Assembly (NCBI GenBank): GCA_026026165.1
Contig: JAPEUD010000011.1
Span: 124,001 to 188,000, forward strand
Length of the DNA stretch: 64,000 nucleotides
Reading direction: 5' to 3'
DNA from: Sarea resinae
Lineage: Eukaryota
Positions 11,301 through 22,386 of the stretch are shown here, one piece after another. The notes under the pieces are model-generated. The model was not told where the DNA came from and made no database searches. It worked only from the letters and a program-made list of their open reading frames with translations. A program made the translations under genes and the position numbers. Position 1 is the stretch's first letter. Each line of letters opens with the position of its first letter.

Positions 11301-14300
11301 TTTGAATGGGTTCAAATTGTACTGGAATCTCCGCCGATTTCGACTGGCTCAGATGATGGCCGCGAAGAGGATGATTGAAAAGATGCGATATGATCCGGAG
11401 CTCCCGCTGGCAACCAAGGGTATCCAATTAAGGAGATAAAACGCGCTATGATATGCAGTGCTCTAGAAGGACAGAAATCAAGACCAATCTCAATTGAAGA
11501 GGCCGTAAAGTGTGATGTGACGTGAAGTATTGGCAGTCGAAAGAGAAATCGTGAGGTTTGAAACTGAAATCTGCGGGAAAGACAACTCTCCGACGCAATT
11601 CTTCAAAGCAAAACTCCAATGATGCGCAACTCCAATATCACTCTCCCACTCGCAGAGGAGGCGTTTGGGTCTCTCACACGGATTCTCTCCTGAACTCGTC
11701 TAAAACCCGCACTCTTGTTGTCTACTTCGATCTTGCTGTTCTCTTCTCTTCTACTTTCTTCAACGCTCTCTTCTCGCACAGTATGGCAGTATCTATATAT
11801 TGATGGAACGAAAGAAAATGTCAGGATGCCTTTTCTCGCGTCTTGCAGTCCCTGGGTGTTGAAACGTGGTTGAAGGCCGAAAGGTGAGAGATGATGTGGC
11901 GTGGCGGCCTCCAGAAAAAAGGAAACAGCAATAAAAATGAGCACGCGAGCAAATCCAAGTTTGAGATGCCGCGTGGCAATAAACGTGAATGCGACGAATG
12001 AGCCGAGATCAATGAAACATCGAGAGGGTTCGGCATTCGCCCGGGCCGGTCAGGAACAGGAAAGAGGATGCGAATGAGAGACGTCATCAGTACGGGTAGA
12101 GGTACAGTTTGAATGCCCTTACCTAAGCGTACTCGGTGACGTTGATTTTGCCCCGTGAATCCCACAAGAGGCTCCCAATGGACTGGTGAATCTCGACCTG
12201 GAGCTATATAGACCCCCATCTCTCCTCGGGAATGATCATCTACCTTCTTCAGTCATCAAACCATCGAGTGTCCGACAACGATGGTCTCTGAATTCGCCCT
12301 TATGCAGGTCAATAAGAAGGCGCAGAGAAATCGATTTGGAGAGATTGAGTGGGCGAGTAAAAGGATAAACCTGCTGAGCAAGGCCTTACAGAGCTTTGAC
12401 AAGATACAGTTGACAAGGAGAGAGGTAACAGTCAATCTATTTAAGATGAATCGAAGGCCATCACTTTATGAGATGGTTGACCCAGATGAGTCATGCTCTG
12501 AGAGTCTGCCACCAAGAAATAAATCGAAACCAACATGCCTGGTAGGGCAAACCTGTGCAATTGTGGTGCTGATAAGAGGATTATAGGGAAGTGCACTCAT
12601 GGAAATAATCAATAGCAAGACTCTTCAGCTCTTGCCTCGAGGAGAGATACATATTAAGCGTGCAACCAAAAAAAAAAGAACACTTGGATCCGGACTAGAA
12701 CTGAGAAACGGAAGCTCATGAAAATCTTGAACTGCAATAGAGCATCACGACGTGGATTCTTAAGACGATGGACACCGCTTGCAGATCATGGTCACAAGAG
12801 CATGGAACGACCCGCGGAGGGATTTATTACTGCCGCTAAACGCTGTGCCTGGCTTGCTTCACAGACAAATATGAAGATTTAGGCGCGAGAATTAACTATT
12901 CCGGATAAAGTATACTTGGACGATTTATATGTTGACGAATGTGGCGTGTAATTTGTATGCCTGAGCCAGAGACTCTCATGTGCTGCCATAGAATGAACGA
13001 GATGGCCTTGAAATATATATCAAAAAGAGTCGCGACGTCTCCTTACCTGGGTCGTATACTTATAATCTCACCGGAAAGCTGCCAAAGGGAGGCTCCAAGA
13101 AAGGAGCAATTACACCATTACGCGAGACCTGTTTTAAGCAACACGACAGGAAATAATCTGAAACATCAGGAGAACAGCGAAGCTTGACGCGAAAACGAAC
13201 AAACGATGGGAGCAGAACGAATATGCTTTTCATTGGAAGAGGACTTTACCTCTCCTCAATGGCTTTTACATTTCCTACTAATCAGCCTTTAGAAATTATC
13301 TGTGCTTAGGAGTCAGTCTTTTCGAGATATCTTGTCCCCTCTGCCATCTTCTGTGATGCAGGAACGCACTGTATGGATCAGCAAGTAAGAAGCTTACTAA
13401 GCAGACAAGGAGCTGAAATCCCTGACGCGCCAGCATCTTCAAAGTAGGCACTGGCCGCTATTATTCAGTCACTACCACGGGGAAGATGCATCGGCACTGC
13501 GGCTAGTTGTTGCAAGTCCCAGCTGCAGCAAGGCTTTTAGAAATCGCCCTTGATATGCGATCAGGAGGCATGAGGCGGATGGCAGTGAACATAGCACATC
13601 CAGAGGCCAATTTGAGGGGCAAGATCTATCTTACCATGAAATCAGATCGTGTCACAATACTGTTCGTCACAATGGCAGGCGTGCAAACTGGCAAGTAGTC
13701 GGAATGCCAATTCACTGGGCTGACTCCACCAGACTGAAACATTCACTGGACCCTTCGAGTTCGCCATTGGATCCCAAAGATCACGTATGGGGAGCTATGT
13801 CTGCTGCAAAGCTCAAGGAGCAAAATTGCTAGACATATTTACGACAGCGCTTGGCTGTCTTGGTCCAAGTCATACATTGGCGTGTCAATTTCTCAGGCTT
13901 TGGTGCTATTCATTTTCAGTCCTGGAGACCATCCTCGCGTCCTCATCAAGAAAGAAAACACCATCTTTAGATGGACTCATCATGAAATCTGCTTGTGCGG
14001 AAGAGGACGAGCACCAAAGTTGTGCTCGACGCTAGTAAGGCAGAGGCTGCAACGCCAACGATGCCAACGACGTCTGTTCCTGGCGCGAGCCTACAAGCAT
14101 GGGTCCTTACCAAGGAATGTGTTAATACTGCCACCCGTCACAACCATGTCTGGCCAACTAGCAACCCAACTGAGAGCTTTGTTGTATACCGATGGGAAGT
14201 CTTTTGTCAATCTTTGCGGCCATCGGTGACAAGATCAGACTGCCTTATGGACCCCCACCAGAGAGACCAGTGAAAGAAGCAATGGATGCATTTTGCTAAG

Positions 14301-16752
14301 CTTCAATGCGGTAAAGCCATGGACAGCGTCGCCGCGAAAAGATACACCACTAGCAGGGACCGTCGCGTCGGACGAACGGTTTGCATTAGACTCACACCCG
14401 GTTCAACCAGAAAGCTTTACGACCTCATTGCGAGCGACAGCGCCACCATCGCAATCCCCGATATTTGTTTCTGCAAAGATGGGAAAATTTGGGTTTCAGC
14501 TTCCAAGTTGAGAACTCACGTCAACAAACACCTGAAGACTTGACAGAATGATTATGAAGTACAATCTGCCCAAACAGCTTGTCCTTTTACATATCGAATC
14601 CCTGTGGCATACCGAACGTAACCAATACTCCAAGGAGACCCTTAGGGACCCTTGGCAAAGAGTGGCAAGGCTGACACTTTCAGCGGTCAAAGGGTTCTCA
14701 CGATCCCGAATTACTCTTGTGCCAGTTTGCTGCACAAACTAACATCATCATCGAGCGCAGCTTAGAAGCGACTACTATAGCAGCCCACGATGCTCCTAGT
14801 AAGAGTGGCAGTCGTGCAGGGCAAACCAGAGACTAGCAAGACAACCACGACAACATTTGTTGCTTTGAGCCCGAGCATCTCGAACCCAAACATTATGATA
14901 CTGTACGCTGTGATCACAAATACAGCCGTGAACAAACAGCGTGGAAAAATGCAATGAAGGTGACAAGCACTTCAATGCTTTGGTCAGGGCATGCCGCAAA
15001 TACTTCTACAGGCGCTACGGCCACGCGTCGGCAGCCCGGCCGGCCTGACGGAATTGATCGTGAATATCCTCACGCTCTACGACCGTTGCAGCCGTAGACA
15101 GGATCCACCCGAGCCAATCCATGGACCAGACGCGTTGGCTAATTTGACTGGATCGGGAAACCCAGCGGACGCCCTTGACGCTTACCTTTCGAGTCCAATC
15201 CCAGCCCTTGAACCGTTCGCCGCGTGCATCCGCCCCTTCCTCCTGACTAAATTCAGGGCGTCCCTCGCCAGGCTGGATCCACCGGTGCACACCTGGAATG
15301 AGAGTACGACTGGCTACTTGTTCAATCAGATTGGTCGCAATTGCCTGACTTATACAATGTCGTCTAATCTATAGAGTCGTCCAAACGACCTCGACAGCCG
15401 ACGGCTTGCAATTGCATCTCGGAATCCAGTGCCTATCACGAAGGTCTTGAGTAGATCAACAAGTATAAGTCCACTTTAGACGACATGTTCTGGGAATTTT
15501 TAGAGGACACTAAACCGTCAGAAACTGCAATCATAACTAGTTACAGTGCATCTTGCCTGCAGCTTCTCTTTTCTATCTCAGAACTAGCGAATAGATTTAA
15601 TCAAGATCTCTCCTAACTAGAAGTAAGACGATTAATAGTTTCTAGGGTGGCAAACACAAGTATGTAATATTTAAGATCACTAACACAGCAAATATAGGTG
15701 TCCTAAAAGATCCTCATTGTATATGTGTTGTATCTTCCTATGCGAAAATCCTCCTTGTGCACGCAGGAAATGTTAAGGGTCTTCTTGCTAAAAGCCCTAG
15801 CCAGATTAGAGAAATTATGAGAAAGATCTCTAATTATTATAAGAAGAGGCATAACTTTTACTGTATTAATGCGACCTTTTATACCAGATATGGAATGCCT
15901 TGACTCCATCCGGCTATAAATCAGGGACAAGAACAGAAACTATGCTATCGCGCTCGCGCAGATACAAAGGATATAATACCGTATCGACGACTAGCACGAT
16001 ACAGGGCAGCTTAAGAGGGAAACAGGAGTTGGCTACAGAAGACCTCGTGCAGCCGCCAGCACGAACGAAATAGGAGAAGCCAAGGCGCCTGCATTATCGA
16101 GACAATCACAATCTATGCTTCTAGATGCAGGTAGAACTACGTGAATCAGCGGACCATCTCCGATACCGTTCCCCACGCATTACAACTTCCTTGTGCTGAA
16201 TGAAGATCAATTAGTCCCGATGCCTATCGGTCCCAGAACATTGGAGGGGAGTATTCTACTTAAAGAGACCGCAAATGGAGGATTACATATATATGCTATG
16301 CAGCTAAGTACAACGTCTAAGCCCGCCGCGCAGGCTAAATCCCACTATAACGACGCTAGCCACATTCAAAGACAGGTAGAAGAGAGTTTAACACTTTAGA
16401 GATCTCTCTAGCGCTAATCTATTCTGGCCTACAGGCTGTAAAGCCTCGGACGAACGTTATGCTGTCGCAAATACTTTCTGTCTAGGCTAGGTTTCCCTAG
16501 ACCTTACGTACAGCAAATAGGATGACCGCTATAGAGAGGTCTAAACCTTGAATCATCCCTTCAGATTTCGTGTCTTAGTTAGAAAAACTACATCTTCTCT
16601 CATCTAACAATAAAATGACATAACCAAAAGCACGGATCAAAGAGAACGATTCTACTCTGGGAATAGGCTTGCAATCGAATAATGCCAGGCCATTCTTTGT
16701 TGTGGCCGAAGCCATGCAAATTGTCTAGAAAGAGGCCGCAGAATATCACAAA

Positions 16753-16935
16753 TTCCACCGTTTAGTTCGTGAAGTTATAGAAGACATGTTATTTAGCTCT
16801 ATTAGTGGCAAATCCCTACATATGCAGTCATCCGCACTTGATAGTATTCAGGAGGCCACTGAAAATTACATAACATCTTACTTTAAAAGTAAGTCTACCG
16901 CGGTGATATGGAAAAGGGCTGCTATTCGTTCTAGG
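16753..16935 (+). pseudogene. Degenerate histone H3-like (histone-fold) gene fragment
   Basis: FHRLVREVIEDMLFSSISGKSLHMQSSALDSIQEATENYITSYFK aligns to H3 [39 protein letters not shown] (18 identities in 39 aligned positions by manual count). In-frame TAG upstream at 16726, GTAAGT donor at 16889, and an AAIRSR remnant resembling CAIHAKR. Confidence 0.7.
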
Positions 16936-17759
16936 ATGTTGTTTGGAATGGGGAGACGGATGCCTATAGCCGCTGTCCTGACAATGAGGTTGTCCCTCCA
17001 AACAGCAATGAAAAATGGAGGAAGCTCAAGAATAACGAGCTTATGGCTGGGCGTCTCGCCGGCTACAGACCGGTGATAATCTTGGTTCTGGCAAGGTTAT
17101 GGGAGTCTTCACATGCCTCGTCGCCCAGAAAGGCGCTCATGCTGCAGCAGAGAAGTCCGCTTATGTCGATAGTGGCATCTAGCTTGGAAGCTGTGCCTAT
17201 CCAGGGAGTCTGATGCGAATTGAATGCCCTGTCTCTGCAGAGGATTTTGCGTTTGTAGCCTACCTGCCCGCAGACATGATCTATTGGAAAATCTCCTCGA
17301 TTCAAAGTCTTCCTCTTCCCCGGCCACCACAAGCTGGCACCGAGTCCCCTTTTTGTTTTCGTACCTCCGTGACTGCGGTACAAGCGGCCCGGCCAAGGCC
17401 CGGCCAAATGTCCACAGCACCCCGAACAAGGCCGAACGGTCGACCTTCTAGAAAGTGTCCCGGTGCTTATGGAATGCTTCCATCTGAGGTCTTTCTCAAC
17501 GCTTAGTCCTTCGACATTCGCCTCTTCTCAAGCCTCCGACCCTTCTCGATAGCCTTTGGGGATTGGAACCATATGACTTGGTCATAACTCTCGCCTAAGG
17601 CAGAGAACCATTCCTCCCGAATGTCGCTGAGCACCTTCTCTGTTTTCGTCCTTCTGTCGTTTTCCTCCAGAAACAATCTTTCCAGGAGCTTTCTGTCTTT
17701 GCTGAGCTGCTTGTCCAGCGATTGCCATTCGCATCCGTCGATGAGCCTTTCGACGCTAT

Positions 17760-18280
17760 TGTGGCATGTCTTGTTGCCTCATCGATGAAGATCACGGCGG
17801 CTAAGTTCTTGGTGGCATCTTGGAACAGCGCCTTGATCACTATGGGATGCGTGTAAGCGGATGTGTAGTCCAATGATGGGAAATTACTCACTTCTCACTT
17901 CGCCATGCCACTTTCGCGTCAAGTCGCCTGCTGTGACCCATTAGAAAGTGCAATTGGCGTCGCGGGCAACACTCTCGGCCAGTAGTGTTTTCCCGGTACT
18001 GGGAGGTCCAAAGAGCATGATGCCGCTGTAGTCAATACTTATGGCATGGGCCACGGGTAGACATCAGAAGCGGAATGGTAACTTGATCGCGTCTGTTACG
18101 AAGTAGAGCCTCCTTGGCTTTCTTATGTCCAACCACGTTTGGTGATGGGGTAGCTTTGCTATCGTCCACCTTGAGCCTTTCAATGAACGACGATATATCG
18201 GAATCGAATGCTTGCAGAGAGCCCTTGACTGCATCTTGGTCCTCGAAATCCTTCGTGAATCTGGTTTTATCCACCCTGTT
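17760..18280 (-). pseudogene. Disrupted AAA+ ATPase of the Vps4/spastin/katanin (meiotic) clade
   Basis: Minus strand reads NVVGHKKAKEALL...VTIPLLM, frameshift, YSGIMLFGPPSTGKTLLAESVARDANCTF*WVTAGDLTRKWHGE, intron-like gap, IKALFQDATKNLAAVIFIDE. Walker A at 17986-18009, Walker B at 17778-17795, internal stop at 17941-17943. Confidence 0.82.
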
Positions 18281-20904
18281 ATCAATCTTCTGACTGAAAT
18301 ACAGACGAGAATTCGCAGCAATATCAAAGGGCTATATATCTTCGTTCGCATTTCGCTATAATGCATCAGACCTTGAAGGAGCTGTTGGAGGAAGTAGCAG
18401 TGAATACTGCTGGGTTGAAGTCAGTGGCCGAATCTTCAAGCACTGCTAGAGAGGCCCGCTCTGCGTAGGTGTCGATCTCGAATATGATCTGGTCACTGGT
18501 CAGACCAAGTATAGCCGCTGCTTTCTCCACATCGTTCAGCCACGGAACTGGGGTGTTTCCCTTTGGTCCGGTCGAAGCGTTGCTGTCCCTCTTCTATCGC
18601 CTTCTCTATCCCAATCTCGTATGCAATGTCTTGCCATGTCAAAACCTTCTCCCCAGCCCACCCCATCTCAGCGAATTGACCCCCCTTTAATCCAGCAAGG
18701 CGGACTGCAAAGTAATCTCCATATTCAAGGAGAAAGCGAGTATCCACGAAATCTTTCATGTTTTCCACTAATGCTTCGCACCGCCCGTCTAGCCCATGGA
18801 GCTTGTCTCAGTGGGATTGGAGGATTCCGTCATTTGCTGTAATATCCATTTCCAACTTCTCCTTTCTCTCCTCTGTCAAGTCCTCTGAATGGAGGAGCTC
18901 CGCGCATTTCTTCCTGATCACAGCGAAAGGCATTAGCACAATACGAGAATCCCCTTGGCCGGGTTCCCCAACGGCACGCTGAATGACGATGGGATCAAGA
19001 AGTGCCTTGGCTGCGTTGAAAGGCTCTCGAAGATGAAACCGGTTTCGCCACGAATGCGGACCTTTTTTGAGATACAGAAATTACCTGGGAGTCGCGAATG
19101 GGATTTTTGATGGCGGTTTATCGGATTGGCGAGGGACAGCTAGTTGCGGCAGAGATCCAAACGCTTGAGCTCAGAGCGGATGCTTCGTTTAGCAAAGGAG
19201 GAAAACGCCTGAGGAGGACTGGTCTACGGAGAAAGGAAGGCGGAGCCCAGGAGGGGGCTGAAAAGCTTCCGAGAACCGCAACGGCGCTACGACTTTCTGT
19301 TCTTCACTACCTACATTGGGCGATCATATCCATCACACACTACACTTCTCTGGGCGAGTTTCTTCTCATTACGAGACTCAAGATGAGTCCAAAGTCTCAC
19401 GGGCAATGACGGGGAGCTTGGGTTGACAGGGCTGAGCGACGCCTGGACGGGTAGTGCCGAAAACGGAAATTCTGAAGCTAATCGAAATGGTGGTATCTAT
19501 ATTCTCCCCAGACAGGTAAACAATACTTTTTCGCGTCCACTATGGATGTAATCATTAAGACAGAATGCGTCACTCACTTGAATTAATCCGAATTGCGCAG
19601 TATTACAGAACCCAGTCTGGACTCTGAACTCCCACAGTGTAAAGAGGCCGGATCGGACTGGAGGGCGCGTGCGTAGGATGATTGAAGAGTCAAAAACAAA
19701 ACGATGAGAGAAGCCGAATGCCACTCCATTTCATGAACGCCGAGTTTGATGCCCCATCAAGACAAAAACAACCACGAACGTTGAATGTCCTGTTACTCTC
19801 CCTCACGGTCGTACTCCGAACTAGTCAAGCTATCGCCATGTCCGATTTTGCTGTCTCTTTAAGCATACCTGAATTAATGGATCGCTTACCAGACTGCTCT
19901 AGGGTCGGCGCGCAGGTACGAGAAAAGACGTCGCCCGCGATATCAAACGGATTGGTGCGTAAGGTACGAAGTACCTATTAGAGTATGTCTACCCAGCTCG
20001 AGGTCAATTGGGGGTTCGAGATCCAGGGCTCGGAAGCCCCATTTCCGGCATTGCAGAGTATGTGATGCCTTTCGCACTTCGAATTATCTTTTGATGCCTT
20101 TCTCCGTCATCCTTGAGACGATGATTTGCCTTCTGCGCCCAGTATGTAATGGTGTTTGCTTTCTCTATGCCTCGCACCCCAACGTACAAAGAAACAATAC
20201 CGAACCTTGAAGTGAGACCGTGCAGTCTGCAATAGGCAATACAGATGGAAAGATGCCGTAGTCAAGAAACGTAAAAAGGATTTCTGTAGAAAGACCACTC
20301 AATATGTTCAAAAGGCCAACACCATATCTGGGTGACATCTCGTATCAAGAACTTTGGCCTCGGGCTTTCGTACGTCGGTGACTCGCGACTCGGCGTTACA
20401 TTACAACCGAAGGTCCCTACCTACACTAGGTAATGAGGCCAGGGACGCTTGCCTGACAACTGGCTTAATGAGAAGAAACAAAGTATCTGTGAGAATCCAT
20501 ATTGGCTATTCGAATCACCTGAATGATTCCATTCCATGTCAATCGACCAGCAAAGGCTCGTTTCAGGGCCAAAAAAGATTGACAAGTCGTGTGAAGAGCA
20601 CTGATCAGTAGGTAGGAAGCTAACGGTCTGACCGGATCGACTGCTGGGCCTTGAATGCGACTCATCTTCACCCATTTGATTCAATTCGGAGACTGGATTA
20701 ATGCATGAAGGAACCCCCATCGCCGATCGGTACGTACCGATGCCGTCATCTACGGCCTTGAAGTAAGTACGACGTCCAATTCTGAGCTTTCCTTCCTTCC
20801 AACTCCTAACAACATCACTCTCCATCGAGTCGAGCAATCTTCATCATTTCTTGAATTTCTCGCCGCATTGATTTCTTCCTCATCTCCACTCACTGTCTTT
20901 CATC

Positions 20905-22104
20905 ATGTTTGCACGCAATGCTTTCCGGTCGGTGCAATCCGTCAAGACTGTACGTGTGTCCTTTACTCGGTGCAAGAGCTATGAGCTTTGTCGCTTAGAG
21001 ACCGGCTGTTGAACTTGACCCCCGCTGACACCCCGCAGAGCGTCCGCCATTATGCCACCGAGCCAGCGAAGACAAGCTCGAATACGGCGCTCTACCTTGG
21101 ACTTGCTGCCGCAGCAGGAGCTGGAGGATACTACTACCTTAACTCCGGGAAAGGTGCAGCCGCACCTGCTTCAAAGGATGAGGCGAAGAGCATCCCGAAG
21201 CAGGCCGGAGAAAAGAGTCTCGCTTTCAAGGGAGGAGATCAGGGCTTCATTGACCTGAAGCTTGCCAGTGTTGAGGAGATCAACCATAATACGAAGCGTT
21301 TCAAGTTTGCATTGCCGAACGAGGATGACATCTCGGGCATGGTAGTCTGCTGTAAGCGCTACACTTCTAAGCCAAAGATCTTACTGACGTTTGTAGCTGC
21401 ACTTTTGACGAAGTTCCAGGGTCCTGGAATGGAGAAGCCCGTCATCCGTCCGTACACCCCCACTAGTGATCCGGGTAAGTCAACAATACTTCTGTCTGCA
21501 CCCTCTGGGGCCTCTAATCTAATTCCCATTCTCAGATACCAAGGGATACCTAGAGCTTATCGTCAAGAGGTACCCCAATGGGCCTATGTCGGAACACTTT
21601 CATGATTTGAAGCCCGACCAGCGCCTGGAATTCAAAGGACCAATTCCCAAGTATGCTTGGACCCCGAACAAGCACGATCACATTGCCCTAATTGCGGGTG
21701 GGACCGGTATCACGCCGATGTGGCAGCTCGCACAAGCTATCTTCAAGAACCCCGAGGACAAGACCAAAGTCACTCTAGTCTTCGGAAATATCTCCGAGCA
21801 GGATATCCTGCTGAAGAAGGAATTCGAGGCGCTAGAGAACACCTACCCCAACCGCTTTAAAGCATTCTACGTCCTCGATAATCCTCCAAAGGAATGGGCC
21901 GGTGGCAAGGGCTTCATCACCAAGGATCTCTTGAAGACTGTCCTTCCAGAGCCAAAGTCGGAGAACATCAAGCTCTTTGTTTGTGGACCACCACCGCTGT
22001 ACAAGGCTCTCAGTGGCGTGAAGAAGAGCCCTACCGACCAAGGAGATTTTACTGGGGCACTGAAGGAGCTTGGATACAATGCCGACCAGGTTTACAAGTT
22101 CTAA
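20905..22104 (+). CDS. MCR1: Mitochondrial NADH-cytochrome b5 reductase
   Basis: Presequence [17 protein letters not shown] anchor [17 protein letters not shown], then [46 protein letters not shown], ending VYKF*. Introns at ~20950, 21352 and 21475. Confidence 0.93.
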
Positions 22105-22386
22105 GATGTTTGTACCGCCTGACTTTGATAGACCGCCATAACGCTGCCAGTGATGGTGTATCTCCATCGACTTTGTATGTACCTAGGGATAAGAGTGTTT
22201 TCAAGAAGCATGATGTCTTTTAAATGCGTGGAAAAGGTTAAACTTTGTTTTGCATGGAGATATAAAATAAATCGCTCATTTTTTTCAACAACAATTCTTC
22301 CGGTAATATGTCTATGTGCAGTAGAAGCCACCTTTTGACCAAAATGTTGTATCGTAGCTCGATCATGTCTAGTGAGTATCTACTCC

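Noticed and set aside
12186..12600. Candidate tyrosine recombinase/transposase at the left edge of the island
   Set aside because: No catalytic R-H-R-Y or DDE pattern could be identified in any frame.
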